Assembly: GCF_964355755.1 (NCBI RefSeq)
Contig: NC_092672.1
Location: forward strand, 14,136,001-14,200,000
Source of the DNA: Antedon mediterranea
Lineage: Eukaryota; Animalia; Echinodermata
DNA: 64,000 bases
Reading direction: 5' to 3'
Below, one piece after another: positions 13,001-25,400 of this stretch; the first letter of the stretch is position 1; each line of letters starts with the position of its first letter. The notes under the pieces were generated by a model. The model did not search any database and was not told the origin of the DNA. It was given only the letters and a program-made list of their open reading frames with translations. The translations under genes were made by a program, and so were the position numbers.

Positions 13001-16000
13001 CTTTTTAAAGAATTTCAACCTAAAAAATAACAATTCTATACATTTATTTTCTTATTTCATTATAATTAATAATAACGTTAAACAATGATGTATTCATGTG
13101 ATACTGTACTAGCGAGACATTTACATCATTTATTGACTTAAAATATGCTGCTTCACAAGTCAAAAAAAGTCACACAAAAATTATTGGCAAGCATTTCTTG
13201 CTCATCTTAACTGGCTAGAGAGGCCTACATCCAGACCAAAAGTCAATACTACCCGGGATATGCCTGTTTGTGAAATCGGACATAAAGTAGGAGTGGGATT
13301 AAACCCGAAGTAGCATTATAACCAAGGATAGTATTCCTGTTCTTTATCAATAGAAAGTAAAATTTGAACTTCTGAAAAGAAAGCCAAAGAAAGAAATTTG
13401 TATAAACTATGTTTGTGTGTGAATAATAGCTTTCATTCCACTGCTCATCTTCTTCAAGTCTGTTTGTGTGTGTGAATAATAGCTTTCATTCCACTGCTCA
13501 TCTTCTTCAAGTCTGTTTGTGTGTGAATAATAGCTTTCATTCTACTGCTCATCTTCTTCAAGTCTGTTTGTGTGTGTGAATAATAGCTTTCATTCCACTG
13601 CTCATCTTCTTCAAGTCTGTGTGTGTGTGTGAATAATAGCTTTCATTCCACTGCTCATCTTCTTCAAGTCTGTTTGTGTGTGTGAATAATAGCTTTCATT
13701 CCACTGCTCATCTTCTTCAAGTCTGTTTGTGTGTGTGAATAATAGCTTTCATTCCACTGCTCATCTTCTTCAAGTCTGTTTGTGTGTGAATAATAGCTTT
13801 CATTCCACTGCTCATCTTCTTCAAGTCTGTTTGTGTGTGTGAATAATAGCTTTCATTCCACTGCTCATCTTCTTCAAGTCTGTTTGTGTGTGAATAATAG
13901 CTTTCATTCCACTGCTCATCTTCTTCAAGTCTGTTTGTGTGTGTGAATAATAGCTTTCATTCCACTGCTCATCTTCTTCAAGTCTGTTTGTGTGTGAATA
14001 ATAGCTTTCATTCCACTGCTCATCTTCTTCAAGTCTGTTTGTGTGTGTGAATAATAGCTTTCATTCTACTGCTCATCTTCTTCAAGTCTAGACCAAAGCC
14101 TCCACTATTATACTTTAATTAAATATGCAATCTTGAACAAGCCACTGTTTATGGTGTTTATATGGTAGTTCAATATTATAATCTCTAACAGCCACTGTTT
14201 ATGGTGTTTATATGGTAGTTCAATATTATAATCTCTAACAATTTAGAACTTCATTACCAAGCCAAAACACTTTAATCCCGACTCCCACATATTTGAAATG
14301 TAACAATTGTCGTATTCGATTGGGAACTTTCGTTGTCAACGTAAAGATTCGTTGAGTACTTTTTGTATTCGAATTGTAAATTTGTGCTCAACAGAAAGTC
14401 ATTCGAATAGAAAACGTTGACAACGAAAGCTTTTTCGTTAAGAACAATCTCAACGCTCAAAATACTCCGTTAAAGAAGTACTCAACGGAAAAACTGTACT
14501 CAACGGTGAAAGTCTAAATCGAATACGACAAATGTAATAATTTGATATGTTTTTATTAATAATAGACATAGTAACTGACAAAATGAGCCCAAAACTTATT
14601 TTGTGTTTCTTGTTTTCAAAAATATTTATCTACGATAAACAGAAAATACATTTACCGTATTTAAGATTGTGTCTTTTTTCTCAACACACATTAACCACCA
14701 AGCTACAGCTCCATTGCAATTACAGTATTATAATAATAATTAAATTTTAATTTATTTAACAGCAAAAGCTCAAAAACATGATATGGTTCACGTAGAGATT
14801 TGGCTTGGAGATGGAGAGAAGACAATTGGTGCAAGGTGGCAGAAAGGCGTGGTTCAGGTGTTTGATTCATACAAGTTTGTGTCTAAAAGCTACTACAACA
14901 TGCAGTATCACTTCAAATCTATTGACACCTGGTTACAAGGTGTTTGTAGAAGGTAACTAATTAATGAGAAATATAACTAAAGTCTCAATCATGCATGACT
15001 TAATTTGGTAAAATAGTCGTAAATTTAACCTCATGGTTAAATTAACCAAGTCCAATGGTTATTTTTATCGACCATTTCCTGCTCAAAAGAACTCAACATG
15101 TTCTCTGTAAAGATCAATCTGAACATGCAACCTACTGTATGTGAATAAATCGTTTTAAATTTAATTTAAAACTAATGGCGTAAAACTTGTCTAAGAGAAA
15201 AATATCAACACACAAAGAAGCTATTAAGTAAAGTTCTCTCTCTGACTGATTCATCAAATATACACAAATGTACAATTGACAAGAACTAATAACTAAATAT
15301 CTTATAAATAGCCACAATAAAAAACAAATACAATAGTACAATTGTTAATTAACTGTAATTGTGTTGTGGTTTTTACCATATCATCAGAGACTATAAAGTT
15401 ATCATATTATTATCATTTGGGAAATCTCAAATTCACATTCATACATCCAATTCAAAGCAAACATACATTATACTGTAAACAGATAAATTTTAAATCCGAT
15501 TTTCTTATTCATTATACAATTAAAGGGCAGAGACGTACAGTAGCTCTATGCTAGTCTTGTATACGACTAGGCCTAGGTTTGATAGATGATAGATAGTCTT
15601 GCCAACATTACTTCTTCCAACGGCATTGTTTTCTTGAAACATTTTTATATCAAAACTCTGTCTGTCAGTGTGTCAGAATTTTCTTAACAATATCACTGTA
15701 ACTGATATAATAGGACTTTAATTTTCAACATATAAATTAATATAAAGTTTTATTAAATGTATAAAAACAATAATTAATGAGGTAGTTAATTTATAGTAAA
15801 CACATCTTACTTTTATTAATTTGATACTAACTAGACTATATCTAATTTTGCTGACCCATCATTTTGATGTTGAACAACCATCAGGCAATCAAGTATATGC
15901 CACACCCATTTCATTGAAATTAATCAATATGCTACAATGCGTCGTCATATTACTGCTCAAAGCAGCAGCATTTGCATTTTGGCCATATTTGTAGGATTAA

Positions 16001-17762
16001 TATATTTTAGGTCACATATTACCCACAAAAAGTAGTTCCTACGTGTTGCTTCCTTAATGGTTCAAGGTTAGTAGGGCTTAGATTTAAGTCAGGCAAACTT
16101 TGTAGCAGACCTTATGGGCTTACAGGCTAAATACATAAATTGGCCTGTTTTTACAGATATATTTAATATTTATTTCACTTATTGTTGGTAACAAAATTGT
16201 TATTATTTAAAATCTTTGTGATGTACATACAGTAGCTAGATTTAGAGCTTATAATAAAATACACTTTATTTAAAACTGAATTCACTCTTGCTTGATTATA
16301 AAATACTGGCTAAAGGTCACGTACAGGGAGGAGTATGTTTAGTTTACAATGACATCATCTTCAGTATATTTCTATTGTGTATTTAGGAGCTGTGATTGTT
16401 TGTATGCTCTATTTGTTTTGGTTGAACTGTTTTTATTCATAATAATTTTATACTGTTACCACGATTTAAATGTTTAATTTTGTTTCACAAAATGATTGAT
16501 AGATTTAAAAATAATATCCAAGTATATACAGTATTACCATATAAACGGTGTTAAATAAATAGCATAATTCTTGGCCTTAGTATCATAATGTCAACCAGAA
16601 TTACAAAGAAATTGCTGCAGCAACTATTATTGCTGATCTGTCACTGAAAAAAGAAAGGAAAATTCAGTGACAGGAGGGGAAACAATGCAGTTACGAATGA
16701 ACATACACTAAGCTTGTTATTTAGATGCCATGTATGGGCACCTGAGTCTTACTTCATTTCCAACAAATTGTTTACTTCAAAATAATTGCAGAACACAATC
16801 AGTACACACAGCAATAAAAGCATAGGCCAAGCCTACTATTCAATTACTGTATATGGTTCTTGGTCACTCTCCCAATATCAAATTACTCCAGAAAGCCACA
16901 GCCTCCAGCTATGGTTTGCTCCACCACGCATCCTGGATTTGCCCCTGAAAAAGATCAACAATAATAAATAATAGTAATAATAATCTTGTAAACGATACCT
17001 TTATACCGGTGGTACACACGGTCTAAAAAGAACAAGTGAAAACTTTAAAACGACAATAAATATTTAAACTCAAAGAACACAACACAAAAATTACTTATGG
17101 CATCGAGTCATCAATCAATAAAGATGATCGTTTTTTAATTTTTGTTAACCTCCTGCCTTAACCACCGGACTAACTGAACTGTTAAAATTACAATTGCTTC
17201 TTTTTTTTTTGTCAGTTATTGTCCTGAACATGAATGGTGCTTGACCAAATTCACACCTGGGATTAAATCAATCTTCTCTGTTGAAAATGAGCAATCTGAT
17301 GAGGGAGCCAGCGACTGTGAAGATGATGGCAACGATGAAAATACAGAAAACTTGCTTGGTCATGCTCCACATCATGAACCAGCCATGCATGACCTACCAA
17401 CACACACACTTGTGACTAATACACAATCAAACAATACACCCATCCAACATCAAGATACTAAATCAACACAGGCACAAAAGCAAGGTGTTAACAACACAAC
17501 GTTACTGCAGTCAAGTGTAAAGAATGCACCCACACTGTATCAAGAAAATAACAAGAAGAACGTGAGATACCAAGGTGATGTAAAATACAAAACAATAGAT
17601 TGTTATGAGTACAGGGAGCTTGTTAGCCAACAACCACTCTCTGTAAGCATACACAGAGAAAGTCTGCAGCAGCACTACCAAGAAGGCAGTGAAGGGCCTG
17701 CTCCTGTTGACGGTGATACTGAGAAGAAGTCAGATGCTTCATCTAATAGTAAAGGTGTGTAG
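10010..17762 (+). CDS. NlpC/P60-domain (papain-fold cysteine peptidase/amidase) protein, 5'-incomplete; may be the N-terminal half of a TTLL10 fusion
   Basis: Exons 10010-10160, 10575-10778, 14763-14952 and 17216-17762 (stop TAG), or 17216-17754 if spliced onward. All GT-AG with matching phases 1,1,2. Joined protein: ...KFLNQAKKYFGVPYAKRY...LFLDCCGLTRRILRDL...MLPGDLVF...HDMVHVEIWLGDGEKTIGAR..., matching NlpC/P60 motifs A..Y.G.PY, DC(S/C)G, PGDLVF, HV.I..G.G. Start exon not identified. Confidence 0.85.
13410..14089. repeat. 51-53-bp intronic minisatellite, 13 copies, with a variable internal (TG)n
   Basis: Unit TGTT(TG)nAATAATAGCTTTCATTCCACTGCTCATCTTCTTCAAGTC. Confidence 0.97.
14141..14240. 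repeat. 50-bp exact tandem duplication
   Basis: GCCACTGTTTATGGTGTTTATATGGTAGTTCAATATTATAATCTCTAACA twice. Confidence 0.9.
14303..14535. mobile_element. Small palindromic MITE-like element
   Basis: Inverted ends ACAATTGTCGTATTCGATT / AATCGAATACGACAAATGT and internal inverted GTTGAGTACTT / AAGTACTCAAC subrepeats; TSD not resolved. Confidence 0.6.
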
Positions 17763-18611
17763 TGGTACAATACTGAGTGTTCACTGATTTCTGATAACTG
17801 TACATTCAACTCTCACAAAACTGGACTCCCTGAAAACCAGACACACTCCCAAAAGCGTCTTTTACACCTGCTCCGGCAAATAAATTCGCATCTTAATGCT
17901 TCATTTTCATTTCGTTTTACTTGATATTCATGTGAAAGCAGCATCAAAAACGAAATGTCTGTAATGTTGTATGCGAAATCTGACATGCACTGGAGCCTGA
18001 CCAAAGCAGGTGTGAAAGACCCTTTATATTTGATACTCTCATAACTTAAAAACTGCAAAACTGACTTTGTGAAACTCCCTAAACTGACAATAAATATTAG
18101 AGACTTTTCTGAAAGCCATTTTAGTTCAGTTTTGAGTAAAAGATTTGAATGCACTATATAAATAGTTTTAAACATTTATTGTTGTTACTGTGTCGTTAAA
18201 ATGTTTTAAATGATGATTTGAAATGTTTTCTTGTACATTTTATTCTGTTTTATAACAAATTTGATTGCAGCATTTAATTTTGTATTCTGAATTTGCATTA
18301 TTTTATTCCGTTATTTGGTTTTATCCATTTTTTTTATAAATTTATACTTTATAAAGTATAAACATGGAGGTATTGTTTTATACCTCCATGGTATAAACAA
18401 ACAAAAAACGAGATACAACTTTTTACAAACAAGTTATAAATCCTTTCAATTCAAAAAACAATTGCAACCCCAAAAGAATGATTGCTTTACCCAAAAAAGA
18501 AATGCAATATTTGCCTGCAATGTTTACAATATAATTGTGGGTATTGATACTGATCAGATTGTAAATTTATTTTGAATCTTGTATTTCTGTTTGACAGAGC
18601 AGAGCAGATGT

Positions 18612-18771
18612 CTTATACATGTTGTATAATGTGTCAAATGTATCAATGTACCTTATACATGTTGTATAATGTGTCAAATGTATCAATGTACCTTATACAT
18701 GTTGTATAATGTGTCAAATGTATCAATGTACCTTATACATGTTGTATAATGTGTCAAATGTATCAATGTAC
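18612..18771. repeat. 40-bp tandem repeat, 4 copies, in the predicted short-isoform 3' UTR
   Basis: Unit CTTATACATGTTGTATAATGTGTCAAATGTATCAATGTAC. Confidence 0.95.
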
Positions 18772-19038
18772 TAAATTGTTTTATTGTATTTGAGTTTGAT
18801 TTATAGCTTATTGTCAATGTTACTATTCATAGGCGTGTACTACCCTTTGCAGATGCTCTTCACTGAATGTACTTTATTATTTATTCTGCTAAATATTGAG
18901 TTGATTTATACTTTTGTCTTTAATACACTAACTCATCATGCTATTCTTTCTAGAATGCTTCATGTTCCATTCATATATTGTCTGTTTTTTAATGTATAGT
19001 GTACTACAGAGATTAATGTGTTTATTATTTTAAAGTGC

Positions 19039-19090
19039 AATAAAAATAAATTATATTCAGTGTGTATGTATACTTGTTTTCTCTTGCCTG
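19039..19090 (+). terminator. Candidate polyadenylation signal of the peptidase-only transcript
   Basis: Tandem AATAAA at 19039-19044 and 19045-19050 followed by a GU/U-rich tract (TGTGTATGTATACTTGTTTTCTCTTG). AATAAA is common in AT-rich DNA, so support is moderate. Confidence 0.5.
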
Positions 19091-22000
19091 TCTTGGCATT
19101 TAAATATGTGTAACACTTGATTTATAATAATCTTGTGGGTTTCTGTGTGTTTAATCATAGAGATATATAATATCTCTATGATTTAATTTATTCCTTGAGT
19201 TTATTCATATTATGTAAGAGTTTGTCTGAAGACTCATGAAAGACGAGCATGACAATTGAATCAATTTAAAAAAAACGAAAACTGTGTAAACCACTTCTCT
19301 TAAAAAGTTGATTTCTCTTCATTGACTGTTTAAAGTCACCTGCACAATGAGCATATAAGACATGAAACAGTTTACACTAAATCCAGGTAAAATGTTTTTC
19401 TTTTCTGACTTGTGATTTTCATAAAGTTCTGATATAATATATCATGATATAAACATGATTAATGGTAAATTATGTTGATATAAAAAGTGATATTGTTTTA
19501 GACTTCAAATTTTTAATATTATTATAGTGTTAAATAGTATCAATTGCACTCAAAAATAGGTCAAACCAACAAAGGTCATTTTGAGAAAGCAAATCCGTTT
19601 TCTTTATAATTCTTTACACTCAGTGACCTATTTTGATGGCCTCTTTTGCTTTCATTTATAGTCTGCTTAATTCTACATTATTCTGAAGTGTTTATGTGAA
19701 CAAATGATATCAAACCATGAGCAGATTCACTAAATTTCAAAAATTGTAAAGCAAAAGATACACTATGACATCATATTAAACTCGTCACTGTATCTACCAT
19801 TTTTAGGACCTTGCACACCCTGTCTATTTTAACTTACAGCTGACTGCATGCAAATTATTAATATTTAATGTAATATTTCATGGTCATAAATAATTGTTTT
19901 TTTATATAAATTCTTGATTAGCATTTAGTACTTACTCATATCTTATGTACCTGTAAAATAACAAAATACTTACAGTGTTGTTTTTAATAAACGCCCACTC
20001 TGAGATTTATAAAAAATAAATTAGGTAAGCGGTTATCTGAACACCACTGAATTTTTACAATCGTTGAACGACCACACAAGATTTTTATTTTCTGTTAAGG
20101 GACAATTTCTATTTTATATTTTCTGGTGTCTTTTTAACTTTTAATGGATTTATACGATTGAATACAAAAATTGTGATGTGAATCATCTGTGCTTTACAAT
20201 CCAAGATTTCCTTTGCTATGGCTCTGCTGAACCACAACCTGTTAGGGTTAAGTCTCCTTTTCCTGAGTGTACGCATTTTTCGCACTTTTGTTCTCTTGTT
20301 TCGAACTGAAAGTCATCAAGGACAATTCACTTTTGTCTATCAGCATACTTAACTGTGACCTATGAAGCTATTTAATTAGCCTATTCAGTCAACTATTAAC
20401 TGCCTTGCATGATTTTATATTTTGCATGGCCATAATACCATTTCATTGTACTTCCGTATTCATCATAAAAATAATTACTTTTTCATATTTACCTACAAAA
20501 TTATTTGTTTTATTCCTTTGCTTATTTACGGCAAATTTTTAAATCATTTGTTTGTCACTAACTAAATCATGATGAAAAATCCTTTAAAAAAATTATTTAA
20601 ATTTGAATATAAAATGACTAAAAAAATGGATTGTAAATTTTCAAATAATTTATGGTTTTGATATCGTTTATTCAATGATTTAATGTGGGAAACTGGCAAC
20701 ATAGCTATTAATAGCGGAGTTATCTGTGTAATTTATAAATTTAGAAAAATATCAGTGTTTTGCAACCTCTTTGGACCATGACATACAACCATCGGAACCT
20801 CTGCAACCGTAAAATTATTTTAACATACATAATACACAAATATTGCTCTAACAAAGTATACTGAAGTTAATACTACTGGGGCTTAGAGCGATTGAAAATA
20901 TTGACAATAATATGTTTTTGAAAGACTATAGTTTTATATGTTAGCGCTCTCTGAATCCGCCCCTATTGATCACCTGAGCAATGAATAAGCTGAGGCAAGG
21001 CAATTTTATATATATGCAATGGAAACAGCACTAATATTTTGCAGGTATGCGTACGTTCAATGAACCAGCTAGATACAAGCCTGTTAATAGTATACTAATC
21101 AGAAACCAATTCGCCACTCATCTTTTTTTGATGCTCAAAAAATATGTCTCACCCCATATTTTTCAGAATGTTTGACTATAATATTAATATTAATTCAAAT
21201 GTTGAAATAGACCATTCTATAAAAGGCAGAATGCTGGAGTTCAAGCGTGGTGGGTAAGCAAGAAAGCCTTGAGTATGACAGCATGTGAATTTGTTCTTAA
21301 GTTATTGCAGGTTCACTGAAACCAGGTTGAAATGTGTTTGTTTGCTGTTGTTGAGTCAAAGAAAGCATTACTTCAATGCTTTTGAACATTGCAATTTTTC
21401 TCATATTTCATGCTCTGAATTATGAACACATTTTGTATACTGTAATGCCAGTCTCTAGACCAAGGTGTTTCATTCATTACTAGGTGATTAATAGAGATTA
21501 AAGTAATAATTTACATGTTAATTTATTTAGAAAATAACATGTGACACTCTTCCTGGAATACGCCAATGTCTGGAGTCCAGTAGACAGCTCTTAATGATAA
21601 ACAACATAACTGAGACTAAAGTAATTTGTGCAATTCTGCTTTAATTATAATAAATATAATATATATTTTGTCAATATTTTTTGGTTGCAGAACAAAAAAT
21701 CTATTTGCTAAATTTTCACCTTGGCCACTTGTTATTTAGTCATTAAAATACCATTGTACTTTAACAACCTGTACATTCTATATTTTTACTTCAATTAAAT
21801 AACAAATTATTTGATAAAATTAAAGATCAAGACAAATAAGCATATTTCATTATTTTGACACAGAATTGAAATATAAAAACATGATTTTAATCTGGTTTCC
21901 TGATGTTATAAAAGATGTTATTTCACTTCTGGTAAAGTTTGATAGTATTAACAGTTTGTGGATTTGATATGACAAATCACAAACCCACCAACACTATGAT

Positions 22001-22466
22001 CACCTTCCAAATCAATATGCAAATTATTACTTTAGTGTAATATTTTATGGTTATAAATTATTATTTTTTTTTTAAATATCTTAGTATTTTATATCTATAT
22101 ATGCATTTACAAAATACTAAGATATTAATTACAAATTGTTACTATTTCTTAATGTTAAAGAAAAAACTAATACTATAAATTATTGTAAACACAACATTTC
22201 ATTAAAATATCATTTTTAACTTAAATATTGTTGAGCTGTAATTTTATGATGTACTTTTTTAATCATTGTGTATTTTTATATTGTTATTCTACATTTTATA
22301 CTTTATTTTTATACGATATTTTTATACGATATTTTTATGTGATAAGTGAGCAAATGCAATTTCCAGTTTATTTGGACAATAAAAGTTATCTGTATCTGTA
22401 TCTGTAACATGATAAACAGTACTGCGCAATTGAAATCAATACATGCATTGTTTTTGTTGTTTCCAG

Positions 22467-25400
22467 GTATGAATGCGACCAATGTAAAATCATCGAGTAG
22501 TAGCAAGTCAGCTAGCGGAGATAGTGGAAAAGCCAACAGAGCCCAGCACACTGATAAATCTAAAGGCAATTCTCTAACTGTTCAAGCACCCCCAACCTCA
22601 GTTCGTGGACATGGTCCATATTTTTTCATCGGTGGAGGAAATGGAGTTTCATTGTAAGATAAATTCTTTTAAACCTTCAAAATTAACCCTACAGTAAGTC
22701 CACGTTGTGGCTTACCACTCATTTCTATCAATTTAACTGCTTTTTATGGATAAAATGGAAATTGTCTTAGATAGTCTAGAATACACTACATACCAACAAT
22801 AGCAAAATCTGTTGAATTTTAAAATGTAAACAAACCTACTAGTGAAAAAGTTTTATTTAATAATAAAATCGTTTTGGCTTCCTACTCTTTTTCAAAGCAT
22901 GCTTGATGTCACTGTTCCCTGTACAATATTGACTGCAAGATACAGTATGGACCCATACAATCTTTATTAGGGGTGCCTTTTTCCTGAAGAACAAATGATT
23001 ATGAATGTGATTTTTTTTGTTTTTAAAATTTCTCAATATCTTTATATGTATTTTATTGTTTTTAGAGTAGAAGAACCTTTGTTGTCTCGAGGATGGCGAC
23101 GAATTCATGATAAAAACAGTGACAACTACCGGCTTCGCTGGGTTGAACTTAAATCACAGATCAATTATACAACTTTCAAAGCAGGTAAACATCAGTTATT
23201 TTAATGAGCATGCAAATATTTTGTAATTGTTTCTGATATCATTACCAGTTTGGGTGTTTGTATTTGAAGACTAATAACAACATATACAGACAACAGTACG
23301 TTAACATATACAGACAACAGTACGTTAACATATGCAGACAACAGTACGTTAACATATACAGACAACAGTACGTTAACATATACAGACAACAGTACGTTAA
23401 CATATACAGAAAACAGTACGTTAACATATACAGACAAAAGTACGTTAACATACAGACAACAGTACGTTAACATATACAGACAACAGTACGTTAACATATA
23501 CAGACAACAGTACGTTAACATATACAGACAACAGTACGTTAACATATACAGACAACAGTACGTTAACATATACAGACAACAGTACGTTAACATATACAGA
23601 CAACAGTACGTTAAAGACCCCTTCCCTGCAATTTCGGACGTTTTTTGGAAAATAATACATATATATCACTTTAAAAACATTAAACCATGTCATTCCTTGT
23701 CTTAAATGTACGTTTTATGGTAAATTATGATAAAAAGTGAGAAACAATGCACTACCTAAGTAGCTCGCGGCGATCGACCTCTCGTGGACGGTCTTAGGCC
23801 TAGCCTAGCTAGGCTTAGTTTTGTAGGCCTAGCTGGTAAACATCGGTAACGTACGAACATCGTACGCTACCTATATACCTAGCCTGACGTTGTATAGTTG
23901 CTGCATTTATTGTCTTTCTATTTTTGCCAGACTCCGTTGATACAAATTGGGGAAAACCCGGTATTTTCGCTGAAAAGTTAGGAGTCTTCCATTTGTTTTG
24001 GCCTCACGATCGATCGAAAAGTGGGCGAATTACAGGTGAAAAACAAAAATATCAATCCGCGCGCAGTGCATTTTGGGATTTATAGCGGGCCGCTATAATT
24101 ATTAGAATCGACTTATTTTTCACATTTTTAACCGTTTAAAGACGAAAAAAGTTATCGCAATAGGATCATATAGTATTATTTTTACATTAAATATAGTTTG
24201 TGATCTCAAATTAGATCTAAAAAACGTAGGGAATGGGGCTTTAACATATACAGACAACAGTACGTTAAAATATACAGACAACAGTACGTTAACATATACA
24301 GACAACAGTACGTTAAAATATACAGACAACAGTACGTTAACATATACAGACAACAGTACGTTAACATATACAGACAACAGTACGTTAAAATATACAGACA
24401 ACAGTACGTTAACATATACAGACAACAGTACGTTAACATATACAGACAACAGTACGTTAACATATACAGACAACAGTACGTTAAAATATACAGACAACAG
24501 TACGTTAACATATACAGACAACAGTACGTTAAAATATACAGACAACAGTACGTTAACATATACAGACAACAGTACGTTAACATATACAGACAACAGTACG
24601 TTAACATATACAGACAACAGTACGTTAACATATACAGACAACAGTACGTTAACATATACAGACAACAGTACGTTAACATATACAGACAACAGTACGTTAA
24701 AATATACAGACAACAGTACGTTAACATATACAGACAACAGTACGTTAACATATACAGACAACAGTACGTTAACATATACAGACAACAGTACGTTAACATA
24801 TACAGACAACAGTACGTTAACATATACAGACAACAGTACGTTAACATATACAGACAACAGTACGTTAACATATACAGACAACAGTACGTTTCAGCTAAGA
24901 TTATACATTATATTATTACTGTACATTATAATAATTAAAATAATATTTTAATGTTTAATAAGTAAAAATAAATGTAACACTTAACAGATATTTCGCAATT
25001 CTAAAACACAATAAATAGGATAAATTCCATTGATTAAGAATGTTAAATGCAACATTTATGGTAGTATATCTTGTTCTTTATGATAACAATTATTTACAGG
25101 TGACCAATTGGTAAACAGAATACCAAATGGATATTTGCTGACGACTAAGACTGGTTTGTTTAACAGTCTCCGAGAGTATGAGCGTGTACTCGATAGAGTT
25201 TCAAGACCGAAATCACCACGCTCTATTCGTATGAATGACTTCTTCCCAGAATCCTTTGTGTTGGATCTTAAAGCAGACAGGGATGCATTCTTTGAAACTT
25301 TTAAAGGTTTGTTCTAAGTTCAAGTTCAAAAAACATTTATTTGTTCAACAATGGCATATTTTTTAACAGTGTAATATATAGGTGTGTACATATTTAAATA

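Noticed and set aside
10010-14952. Bacterial contamination or recent HGT as source of the NlpC/P60 domain
   Set aside because: The domain is split by three spliceosomal introns, some containing host-type repeats, and sits in host-like AT-rich sequence.
17813-18175. 120-aa minus-strand ORF
   Set aside because: Antisense to the predicted UTR/intron, with no motifs or splice support.
23201-24881. YMLTYCCL / VYVNVLLS repeat ORFs
   Set aside because: Translations of the 24-bp intronic minisatellite.
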